A stretch of 64,000 nucleotides of DNA from Candidatus Omnitrophota bacterium (lineage in GTDB: Bacteria > Omnitrophota > Gorgyraeia > Gygaellales > Profunditerraquicolaceae), in the NCBI GenBank assembly GCA_018812825.1, contig JAHJCJ010000067.1, positions 383-64,382 on the forward strand, in the 5' to 3' direction. Both the position numbers and the translations under genes were made by a program. Of this stretch, positions 55,970 to 64,000 are shown piece after piece. The notes below the pieces were generated by a model that saw only the letters and a program-made list of their open reading frames with translations, searched no databases and was not told the DNA's origin. How positions within the stretch are numbered: the stretch's first letter is position 1; the number at the start of each line of letters is the position of its first letter.

Positions 55970-56275
55970 ATGTTTATGCGTAAAATACGCGGGCAGAGCA
56001 CGTTGGAATATGTTATTTTAGTGGGTTTTGTAGTGGCAGCGTTAATTGCCATGGGTATTTATATGAAACGAGGTTATGAGGGAAGGATTAAGGAATCTAC
56101 CGATCAGATTGGCCAGCAGTATTCTGCCGGAAATACTACTTCAAGCTATACGACTATATCTAATGTCGCTCAGTCTGAAACTGTAAGTTCTGGAGGGGTT
56201 ACGCTAACCACTATTACTCAGAATCAGCAAGATAAAACCGGTAGCGAGAGCGTAGCAGCTTTGAGTGCGCAATAA
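55970..56275 (+). CDS. Flp-family pilin with an extended C-terminus (101 aa)
   Basis: RBS 'aaggaggtgaaagaa'; 'RGQSTLEYVILVGFVVAALIAM'. Confidence 0.65.
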   Translation: MFMRKIRGQSTLEYVILVGFVVAALIAMGIYMKRGYEGRIKESTDQIGQQYSAGNTTSSYTTISNVAQSETVSSGGVTLTTITQNQQDKTGSESVAALSAQ

Positions 56276-56289
56276 TTAAGGTAATTAAA

Positions 56290-56844
56290 ATGCGTCGGGC
56301 GCAGACCAATTTGGAGTATTCTTATTTAATCGGCATAGTAGCAGTGGCTATTATCGCCATATTAGCATATATGAGCCGCGGGTTCCAGGGGAACCTGCGC
56401 ACGCTTTCTGAGCAGGTCGAAGCTGGTGCTTATGCTCCAGGAAACACCACGGTAAACAATGCAGAGACCAAGCGTACGCAATCTACGGTGGTTTCCACGA
56501 GTACCACCACAACTACCTATGGAAACGGGCAGGCGGAAAACGAAGAGATGCATACCAATAGTGAAGAGCAGAAATCATTACGGGCTGAATTGGTGGATCT
56601 TAGAAAAGCCGCGGAAACGGCAACCGGTAGTGCGCTGGAGATTCTAAATCAGCAGATAAGTGATAAGACCAAAGACTTGCAAGATTTGATCGATGAATAT
56701 AAAGCTTTATCGGAAGTATGGGAAGCGCGGACAATTACTCCAAACAGTACTAGTGTTACAAGCAGCACAGTTGAAACCGGTACTCAGACTGTGGCTAAAC
56801 AGGTAAATGAAGCGCTGGGGAATCTATCAAATGACAGCTGGTAA
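56290..56844 (+). CDS. Flp/TadE-like pilin with a Thr-rich linker and a coiled-coil C-terminal domain (184 aa)
   Basis: 'RAQTNLEYSYLIGIVAVAIIAILAYM' then 'TSTTTTTYG' and heptad-like 'LRAELVDLRKAAE...LQDLIDEYKAL'. Confidence 0.55.
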   Translation: MRRAQTNLEYSYLIGIVAVAIIAILAYMSRGFQGNLRTLSEQVEAGAYAPGNTTVNNAETKRTQSTVVSTSTTTTTYGNGQAENEEMHTNSEEQKSLRAELVDLRKAAETATGSALEILNQQISDKTKDLQDLIDEYKALSEVWEARTITPNSTSVTSSTVETGTQTVAKQVNEALGNLSNDSW

Positions 56845-57172
56845 AGCAGGTAAGGTATCTTTTAAAAAAGGCCAGAATCTTACGGAAGCCGTGGTAATTA
56901 TCGGCATTGTGGGGTTAGTTTTTGTTGGAATGCAGGTTTATGTTAAGCGCGGTGTACAGGGTAAAGTTAAAGATTTAACAGATAATATGATAGGTACGGA
57001 GCAGGAAGCTTATCAGGAAGATACTTCAGGGCTTGAAATAAATGAATCTGCTTCTACGTTTACTTCCAGCTCGACGATAGCGTCGAATGATTCTCTGGGA
57101 GGGGCAAAGAGTTTAATTGCTAACGAAGCTACAACAGTTACCTATAGTTCCGAGTCCACAGATGCTTATTAG
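56831..57172 (+). CDS. Flp-family pilin-like protein (113 aa)
   Basis: 'KKGQNLTEAVVIIGIVGLVFVGMQVYV'; ATG at 56831 in frame with the track ORF 56807. Confidence 0.5.
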   Translation: MTAGKAGKVSFKKGQNLTEAVVIIGIVGLVFVGMQVYVKRGVQGKVKDLTDNMIGTEQEAYQEDTSGLEINESASTFTSSSTIASNDSLGGAKSLIANEATTVTYSSESTDAY

Positions 57173-57227
57173 AAACGTTGCCTTTGTGAGTATTTGAATA
57201 AGGTTTTTTAAAAGTGAGGCGGGCAAG

Positions 57228-57857
57228 ATGTTAAGTAATAAAAACGCCCAGGCAGCCACAGAATTCGCGATCATAGTCTCATTGGTAATTGTGGCTTTTG
57301 CTTTTTTGATTAATTATAGCGTGAAGCTTAATAACCAGCAATCTTGCATTCAGCAAGCCTTCCGCTTGGCATTAAGTGAAGCAAGAGAGGCGGATAACTC
57401 TGCTTCTTATACTAAAGTTGTTTTTAGGCGCATGCCGAATGTTTCCAGCCCGATGGAATTAGGGCAATTGCAGTCTGTTAGCAGTAGTTCCAATGTACTG
57501 TGGGCAGATGGCAAGAGCAGGAATGAGGATGAAACGCCAAAGGATGGCGTATCAAAATACCAGCTTAATGAAGCTGAGGCAATAGATATACCCAAGCCCG
57601 AGTATGAATATTTGGAGGGTCAAACCAAGGTAAGCATGAATACCTTTACCAATACCGTAGACTCTACCACTACTTTTACAAAACAAGAATCTGCCTCTGG
57701 AGATATCACTACTGCTAAGACACTTAATGCTACGGATACCTTGTCCGCGAGCGTTGACATTGACGGCACAGCATATCCTTTTGAGCATTATTTGGGCGCT
57801 AATGGAAAGTATTATGACCAATCCACAAGTTTGAGCAGGTCAAGGAGTATGGAATAA
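57228..57857 (+). CDS. TadE-like pseudopilin (209 aa)
   Basis: 'NKNAQAATEFAIIVSLVIVAFAFL' is the TadE/TadG-type N-terminus. Confidence 0.55.
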   Translation: MLSNKNAQAATEFAIIVSLVIVAFAFLINYSVKLNNQQSCIQQAFRLALSEAREADNSASYTKVVFRRMPNVSSPMELGQLQSVSSSSNVLWADGKSRNEDETPKDGVSKYQLNEAEAIDIPKPEYEYLEGQTKVSMNTFTNTVDSTTTFTKQESASGDITTAKTLNATDTLSASVDIDGTAYPFEHYLGANGKYYDQSTSLSRSRSME

Positions 57858-58735
57858 TGCATAAAGCACAAGCAACGCTGGAATCTACATTATTTTTTAT
57901 TATAATAGCAGCATTATCTCTGGGTTTGATTAGTTTATGGAAGGGCTCCAGCGATACTATTGTTAGTCGCCAGAAAGATTTTAATGCCAGCCGCGTAGCT
58001 GCCGGCTCAGTTCCGCCAGGGACTTCTTCCTCGGGAAACATACCCCTTGAGTTTACGTATAATACTATAGATGCTTACCTGGATTATATTGACGGATCAG
58101 CTTATGATCTAATGTCATTAGAACAGATAAATGATAATCTGGAAAATATAAATCAGGCCATAGCGGGTACCCAGGCAAATATTGCTCAACTGACGCAGAT
58201 AAGAGATACCTGGAAGAGTTTTTTTGATGAGGCTCAAGCGCAAGAGGTAAACGCGCAACAGCAAATCGATAATTTGCAGGCCCAGCTGGATGAAAAACAA
58301 AGAGAGCTGGATAGAGGTGAATGTGATTGGTGGGATGATGACGGTTGCGGAAGCCTTATTGCAGAAATAAATTCGCTCCAGGAACAGATAGAGATGGCTA
58401 TAAACGGATATTATACCATAGAGACTGGGTGGGGTGATGATTGGGAGATTACTTATGATTACTCTAATGCGCAATGGATGTCTGCATTAGGTACGAGGGA
58501 GGCATGGTCAAATGATTACTGGATGTATCAACAGTATGGGGTTTCACCAGGAAATAATAAATATGGGCTATACAACGATTACACTCCCGGGTTGCTTGAT
58601 TGGCAGTCAAGAAAGGATGTTGCCCTATCGCAACTGAATGATGCTCAGTCTAATTTAGATGTTATGGAAAATACTCTGGATAAACTTACAGCTATGCAGG
58701 ATAAGCTTCTGGAAGCCCAGGAAAAAAAATCTTAA
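57857..58735 (+). CDS. TadE/TadF-like pseudopilin with a Gln-rich coiled-coil region (292 aa)
   Basis: 'HKAQATLESTLFFIIIAALSLGLISLW', then 'QINDNLENINQAIAGTQANIAQLTQIRD...QQQIDNLQAQLDEKQRELD'. Confidence 0.5.
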   Translation: MHKAQATLESTLFFIIIAALSLGLISLWKGSSDTIVSRQKDFNASRVAAGSVPPGTSSSGNIPLEFTYNTIDAYLDYIDGSAYDLMSLEQINDNLENINQAIAGTQANIAQLTQIRDTWKSFFDEAQAQEVNAQQQIDNLQAQLDEKQRELDRGECDWWDDDGCGSLIAEINSLQEQIEMAINGYYTIETGWGDDWEITYDYSNAQWMSALGTREAWSNDYWMYQQYGVSPGNNKYGLYNDYTPGLLDWQSRKDVALSQLNDAQSNLDVMENTLDKLTAMQDKLLEAQEKKS

Positions 58736-58829
58736 ATCCTAATAAGGAGGTAACCTGTTTTTCTCCTGGTTCGCTAAAAATAAACAATTTAAGAAAAAGA
58801 GTAGTTTATCCGGCCAGGTCGCTCCTCTT

Positions 58830-60212
58830 TTGCTGGTAGTATTGGTTATTTTGTTAGTTGCTGCGATTGCAACGATTAATATCGGCAGGGTTTCTTTAGA
58901 TAAAACCTGTTCGGCTAATGCCGCGGATGCCGGTTCTCTTGCCGCGGCTTCTGTGTGGGCTTCTGCTTTTAATGTGCTCACCGAAATAAACAAAGATCAG
59001 ATAAAAACCTGGTTTGACCTGAATTATTACACTTACGGGCAGCTTTATTTTGAGGCAGATAGTTATATAAATGAGGGGATAAATTATGCGCTTGCTGCCA
59101 GCGCAGCTGCAGTAGCATCTCTTGCAGTTGCGAGCGTGCCGTTTCTTTGTTATGAGATTTGGTATGAAGGTTTAGCCGCTGCTGCTCTTGATGGGACTGC
59201 TGCCTACCTGTGTTTTGAGGCATCTCAATCAGTTGCAGCCTTTTCTATTACTATTCAATTTATGCAATCGCTCACGGATTCTTTTTATGAGCAGCAATGG
59301 GAAAACTATTGTGACGCCAGGGAATATATGGAGGATGCATATACTAATGCCTACGAAACAGGATTAAACTATGCCTTTTCCAATAGTTGTATATCCTCTA
59401 AGCTTTCAGATGCGCAGAATGATGCCTTTAGCGCCTGGATGGATGGAAAAGGCCCTTCTACTGATGGGACCTATAGCTGGGAGGACAAGCTTTCTCAGCC
59501 GCATACAGTTACCGCTACCTTGGATTTACCAGATATAACCTCCTATGAGCTGCAGCATACCGAAAGCAGCTATTCGCAAATCAGTGGTTTGTTAGACGGG
59601 CTTATCAGCCGTGCGCAGACAATCTCCGGAGTATTAAACAGCACAGGTGTTTCATTAGGGGCTACTGCAGCTTTGTTTCTTGTTACCTTTGGAATGAGTG
59701 TCACAACTTACATCTTTTGGTGTTGTTGTGATATCCCTTGTGCTTATTGCGTTTGTTGTGCGTGTTGTGCGGCGTATGTGGCATGGTGTGGTGCAACTAT
59801 AGCTGTCTATCAAGGCGTGTATTTGGATCAAAGTTATATAGTTTCTGTGCTTGCAGCTTTTATTGCATTTGTAGGAGCGATGTCCCTGTATTCGCTAAAG
59901 TCTGATAATGATGCGGCATTCGCAGGCTGGGCTCCTGATCCTGATAACATATATAGCAGCACAAGTTGTGCGGATGCTGAAGACCTGATGATTGTTCAGA
60001 TCAGCGAAGTAATCTTACCTAACGACGTAAATTGGCCTGCCAGTGACTGGACTACTGTTTGCTCTACAACCCAGCAGCATCCCGGCACAAGTTCTGGTAT
60101 TATGCCGACGAGCTATCCAATTATAAATAGCAGCAGCAGGGCTAAATTTGATGGCGGTGATGTGGGGGCATTTGAGGATACTTATGATCCCAGCATAGTG
60201 TGGGTAAACTAA
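58830..60212 (+). CDS. TadG-like large pseudopilin/tip-associated protein with an internal Cys cluster (460 aa)
   Basis: N-terminal hydrophobic 'LVVLVILLVAAIATINIGRVSL'; internal 'FWCCCDIPCAYCVCCACCAAYVAWCG' (11 Cys in ~25 aa); the start codon is non-ATG in the track. Confidence 0.5.
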   Translation: MLVVLVILLVAAIATINIGRVSLDKTCSANAADAGSLAAASVWASAFNVLTEINKDQIKTWFDLNYYTYGQLYFEADSYINEGINYALAASAAAVASLAVASVPFLCYEIWYEGLAAAALDGTAAYLCFEASQSVAAFSITIQFMQSLTDSFYEQQWENYCDAREYMEDAYTNAYETGLNYAFSNSCISSKLSDAQNDAFSAWMDGKGPSTDGTYSWEDKLSQPHTVTATLDLPDITSYELQHTESSYSQISGLLDGLISRAQTISGVLNSTGVSLGATAALFLVTFGMSVTTYIFWCCCDIPCAYCVCCACCAAYVAWCGATIAVYQGVYLDQSYIVSVLAAFIAFVGAMSLYSLKSDNDAAFAGWAPDPDNIYSSTSCADAEDLMIVQISEVILPNDVNWPASDWTTVCSTTQQHPGTSSGIMPTSYPIINSSSRAKFDGGDVGAFEDTYDPSIVWVN

Positions 60213-60285
60213 GACACCCGGCGCAGGCACCTGGCGCTTATTTGAATTGCGCCGGTGTTGTCTTCGTAGATAAGGAGGCAGAATA

Positions 60286-61083
60286 ATGTTTAGAAACTTG
60301 AGTAGAATAATCTTGTGCACAATCTTATTTTTCATCTGCGTTTCATTTAACCGTTTAATATTCAGCGCTGAGCCAGACATACCTTTGCCGGAAGGTGCTT
60401 TAAAAACCATGGAAAAGAGCATGGATGTCGGGCCTTCTAAAAGCACCATTCAATTTTATGAAACCTCTCTTAATAATAATAAGATAGCCTCTTTTTATAG
60501 AAAAGAGATGTTGCGTCTTGGTTGGCGTGAACAGAGAACCGGGTTTTTCTTAAAAGATAACTATCTGGCGGTTATCGTCTCTAACCCGCGTAAGAGTAAG
60601 GGCGAGAAGACGCAATTTTCTATCACCATAAGCAGGATTCCCGGTAAAGAAGAAATATTAGCCGGACGCAAGGATACGCCGGATAAGTTAAGCTTTATGC
60701 CGGTTTATCCTAAATCAGCGCAGGTCTTTCTCTGGGATATGCCCACTGGAGTCTCTGCTTCATATGAGACCGACAGCAGTATTAAAGAACTGGTTTTCTT
60801 TTATAAATCTGGTATGCTTAATTATGGCTGGAGCCTTGATAAAGAGGCGCCGATCACAACAGAGACAGCTGATTGTCCTGAGTGCCAGAAGGCCAAGCAG
60901 AATTTGCCCAAAGACAGCAGCTTGCCTGATATGAAAGTTACCTCTAGCAGGGGCAATTTGTTATTCAGTAGGCAAAACGGAGAACGCTGCACGATAAAGT
61001 TGTATCAAAACATTAGTGATATACAAGAAGTAAATAAAACAACAATTTTGGTTACCTACAATGCGAATAAAAAGATTAATTAA
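60286..61083 (+). CDS. Secreted hypothetical protein in the Tad locus
   Basis: Signal peptide 'MFRNLSRIILCTILFFICVSFNRLIFSA'; preceded by a GC-rich hairpin leader that resembles the pstS leader. Confidence 0.4.
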   Translation: MFRNLSRIILCTILFFICVSFNRLIFSAEPDIPLPEGALKTMEKSMDVGPSKSTIQFYETSLNNNKIASFYRKEMLRLGWREQRTGFFLKDNYLAVIVSNPRKSKGEKTQFSITISRIPGKEEILAGRKDTPDKLSFMPVYPKSAQVFLWDMPTGVSASYETDSSIKELVFFYKSGMLNYGWSLDKEAPITTETADCPECQKAKQNLPKDSSLPDMKVTSSRGNLLFSRQNGERCTIKLYQNISDIQEVNKTTILVTYNANKKIN

Positions 61084-61252
61084 CAAAGCCCAATCTATTA
61101 TAGAGTATGTAGCGGTGATTATAGTAATTATTTCATGTTTTATCGCCATGGGAGCGTATTATAAAAGAAATTTGCAGGAACGGTTCCGGCAGGCAGGGGA
61201 TGTTTTAGGCGGCGGGGAACAATATACCCCCGCAGTAGTTATCGCTCCATAA
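61061..61252 (+). CDS. Flp-family pilin (63 aa)
   Basis: 'KAQSIIEYVAVIIVIISCFIAMGAYY'. Confidence 0.6.
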   Translation: MRIKRLINKAQSIIEYVAVIIVIISCFIAMGAYYKRNLQERFRQAGDVLGGGEQYTPAVVIAP

Positions 61253-61270
61253 AAACAACAGCGGAGAATT

Positions 61271-62116
61271 ATGATCTTATTGCTTGGCATTGTGATTTTG
61301 TGCTCAATTATTTTGTTATCTTTGAGTATCTTACCTTTTTTCATGCAAAAAATACAATTCTGGCAGCAGAAGCAGGAGGTTAAAGTTGCTAAAGAAATGG
61401 ATAAGATGTTTTATGATAAGAGCCCCAAGATCATTGTCACGCTTTATTATATCCTTCCTATTATTTTTGGACTTAGCGGGATAATTTTCCTACACTCGCC
61501 TTTTTTTATGATTCTCGGGGCGCTTATCGGAGTGACCGTCCCAAACCTTATTCTTAAGATGCGCTTTAAACGCAGGATCCAGAAATTCGATAACCAGCTT
61601 TTAGATGCTATTAATATGCTCACCAGTTGTTTAAAAGGCGGTTTAAGCTTGCTACAGGGGATTGAAGTATTAGTAGAAGAGATGCCTGCGCCAATTAGCC
61701 AGGAGTTAGGTTTGGTGGTTAGGGAGAATAAGATGGGCATTTCTTTGGAGGAGAGCCTTGTCCGGTTGAATAAGAGGATGAATCTTGAGGAGCTTGGCTT
61801 GATGGTTAACGCACTCTTAATTGCCCGCGAGACAGGCGGTGAGTTAACGAAGGTATTTAGCCGCTTGAGTGTGACTATAAGGGATAATCATAAACTAAAA
61901 GAAAATATCAAGACGCTTACTTTACAGGGAAGAATGCAAGGTATAATTATGTCATTTTTGCCGATTGTATTTGTTGTCTGGGTCCTTTCGGTTGATAAAC
62001 ATCATTTTGATATTATGATGAACAATGATTTAGGTAGGATGCTTTTGGTGGGAGCGGTAGTGTTGCAGATTTGCGGCATGCTTCTTATCAAGATGTTCAG
62101 CGTAATTAAAATATAA
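61271..62116 (+). CDS. tadB: Tad pilus inner-membrane platform protein TadB (T2SS-F domain)
   Basis: N-terminal TM, cytoplasmic T2SSF-like domain 'QLLDAINMLTSCLKGGLSLLQGIE', C-terminal TM helices. Confidence 0.75.
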   Translation: MILLLGIVILCSIILLSLSILPFFMQKIQFWQQKQEVKVAKEMDKMFYDKSPKIIVTLYYILPIIFGLSGIIFLHSPFFMILGALIGVTVPNLILKMRFKRRIQKFDNQLLDAINMLTSCLKGGLSLLQGIEVLVEEMPAPISQELGLVVRENKMGISLEESLVRLNKRMNLEELGLMVNALLIARETGGELTKVFSRLSVTIRDNHKLKENIKTLTLQGRMQGIIMSFLPIVFVVWVLSVDKHHFDIMMNNDLGRMLLVGAVVLQICGMLLIKMFSVIKI

Positions 62117-62117
62117 T

Positions 62118-62981
62118 ATGGATATTTTTATCTACCTTCTAATTATTTCTGCGGTTGTTTTAATTTTCTGGGCAATAAGTTCTCCCCGCCAGTCCGCAAT
62201 TATGCACTTAAGGGAAAACAAGCTCATGGCGGAGAAAGTTAATAAGCCGCCCTTTGATTTATCCAGGATCCTTCCCACGCGGGATATCCTTGAAAGGACC
62301 GGGCTATTAGTTAAAATCAAGAGTAAGGTTGATGCCGCGCATGTGCATATTTCTCCGGTGGGATTTTTTAATTTAAAGATAATTATTATATTCTTTTTTG
62401 CAGTTTTTAGCATTATCGCTACCGGAAAAATTAACCCCATTTTTATTCTCATTTCTTTCATAATAGGATATATTATTCCGGAAATTTATTTAAAACAAAA
62501 GCTTGCCAAACGTAAAAACCTAATCTCACGCCGGCTTCCGGAAACAGTGGATCTGCTCGGGCTTTGCATTGAGGCCGGCCTGGATTTTGTAAGCGCGGTT
62601 AACTGGGTGATTGCCAAAACCCCGGGTACGGCGATGACCGAGGAATTGGCATTTGTGGCTGAAGAGATTAAATGGGGAAAACCGCGTATTCAGGCTTTAA
62701 AAGATATGTCGCGTAGGCTGGATATTCCCGAAATGACCTCGTTTGTGCAGACCATTATTCAGGCAGATCGTATGGGGACTCCGGTTGCCGAGGCTTTTAC
62801 TATAATTTCTGAAGATGCCCGTGCTCAAAGGTTCCACCGCGGGCAAAGGATCGCCTTACAGGCGCCTATCAAAATACTCCTTCCCCTTATATTCTTCATT
62901 ATGCCCGTAATCGGTATTGTAATTGGAGGGCCAATCTTGCTTCAATTTATGCAGGGTGGCCTTATCAGCGGCTTCAAATAA
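62118..62981 (+). CDS. tadC: Tad pilus inner-membrane platform protein TadC (T2SS-F domain)
   Basis: 'RLPETVDLLGLCIEAGLDFVSAVNWV' T2SSF domain flanked by TM helices; directly follows tadB. Confidence 0.75.
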   Translation: MDIFIYLLIISAVVLIFWAISSPRQSAIMHLRENKLMAEKVNKPPFDLSRILPTRDILERTGLLVKIKSKVDAAHVHISPVGFFNLKIIIIFFFAVFSIIATGKINPIFILISFIIGYIIPEIYLKQKLAKRKNLISRRLPETVDLLGLCIEAGLDFVSAVNWVIAKTPGTAMTEELAFVAEEIKWGKPRIQALKDMSRRLDIPEMTSFVQTIIQADRMGTPVAEAFTIISEDARAQRFHRGQRIALQAPIKILLPLIFFIMPVIGIVIGGPILLQFMQGGLISGFK

Positions 62982-63449
62982 TTGGGCGTGAATCCTATTT
63001 AATGAGATTAAGCATTTTTTGGGCTTACTCGGAAGCTTTATAGCGGCATTACCCCGGTAACTTTATTAATATATTCTTTGAAGTGCCCATCTAAAGAAAT
63101 CCACCTTTTTGAGCAATATAGCATAGTTGTCCTCATTCATTTTTTCCAATCAATTCTTTAATGAATTAGATGTAATCAGCCAAGGCTACTAAACCATGGT
63201 CAAGGTAGTAGCTGGCTATCGATTCTGGATGTCCTATGATTGTAACTTGACCATTGGTAAGGCTCGGGAATCTTTACTAAGCCTGCCCTTACAGGTTACT
63301 GAAGCAATAGATAATATATCTAGAGTTTCAGGTTTTCCCAAGCAAGATTTATAGCCCCAGTGGAATGGGGCCTATCCGCGTCCGTGAAGAATATGTCGAT
63401 TACGTAAAGTAAGCAAGCAGCGTATCAAATCGCTTTTACTCTTTGCCTA

Positions 63450-63760
63450 CCTCAAACGCTATTAAAAGATACAACCTCATGCTACAGGCTAAAAATTAGA
63501 GTTATATTTTTATGACCTAGAGTGTTCGCGCAACCAAACCGTAATAATTCTCAAAGAGTTTAAAAAACTATCTGACCAAAATGCAATCTTAGAGTGCAAT
63601 ATACATTATTTACGCTCTATTCCCGGCATAGGTTTTATCATTGCCATAACCATTCTGGCAAGCATTGGAGATATAGAAGAGTTGCATGGTCTCAAGAAAT
63701 GGCTGCCTTTATGGGATTAGCGCCCTCTGAATACTCAACTTGATAACAGATCGCAAGAAG
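63450..63760 (+). pseudogene. Decayed IS110-family transposase C-terminal fragment (frameshifted)
   Basis: Translations 'LRSIPGIGFIIAITILASIGDIEEL' and, in another frame, 'MAAFMGLAPSEYS' match the conserved IS110 'IPGIG..TA..LLAEIGD' and 'AYAGLAPSEYQSG' motifs; no intact ORF in the last 1 kb. Confidence 0.5.
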
Positions 63761-64000
63761 TTGTATTATTCACTTAGGCAGTTTTGTGCTTAGATCTTTA
63801 CTGGTAGAGACAGCCAGCTTAGGCAGGTATTATTAAAGATGAACGTTTATGTCAATTCTATGCCTGACCTGCCCCTATAAGTTGTACCAATTATTAAGAG
63901 AGAACAACCGTATTTTCTAAGCACTCCAGCTTAATGGCCTCTGGAGCAGGAGGCCGGTAATTCAATGAACTATGTGACCTAATTGTATTATATTCTGTCT

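Overview
This 64 kb window is from a low-GC bacterial genome. I read it as six blocks.

(1) 1-14.7 kb: housekeeping and a complete Pho regulon. gltX is followed by tRNA-Gln, then phoB-phoR, an outer-membrane beta-barrel gene, pstS-pstC-pstA-pstB-pstB'-phoU with a candidate Pho box, and then a truncated sigma-70-like ORF, an ICMT-family membrane methyltransferase and yggT.

(2) 15-26.5 kb: a candidate biosynthetic cluster for a sulfated, methylated metabolite. A NitT/TauT-type (sulfonate/taurine-like) ABC transporter is followed by two sulfotransferases, an amidinotransferase/DDAH-superfamily enzyme, a nucleotidyltransferase-APS-kinase fusion, and a tandemly duplicated pair of [class I SAM methyltransferase + B12-binding radical SAM enzyme]. 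I consider this the most likely undescribed system in the window.

(3) 26.7-33.7 kb: MoxR AAA+ ATPase, a DUF58 protein, and two very large membrane/coiled-coil/Big_2-domain surface proteins.

(4) 34.2-38.3 kb: tRNA-Leu, a minus-strand FIST / GAF histidine kinase / REC-GGDEF signalling operon, and tRNA-Glu.

(5) 38.3-45.7 kb: a tRNA-Glu-adjacent island with no integrase. Each cargo gene is followed by the same ~90 nt terminator-hairpin/promoter-like repeat (5 copies), and the island ends with duplicated tRNA-Glu 3'-end fragments that look like att sites.

(6) 46-63 kb: an unusual Tad/Flp pilus locus. It has a PrsA-like PPIase, cpaB, a secretin (cpaC) fused to a TonB C-terminal domain, a CpaE-CpaF ATPase fusion, a DUF192 gene, an inserted REP-flanked IS200-like (RAYT) transposase, a 734-aa HTH/coiled-coil protein, at least 11 Flp/TadE-like pilin genes (some with long coiled-coil or Thr-rich tails, one with a dense Cys cluster), and tadB-tadC. 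The window ends in decayed IS110-family transposase remnants.

All calls come from motif recognition by eye. No database searches were run.
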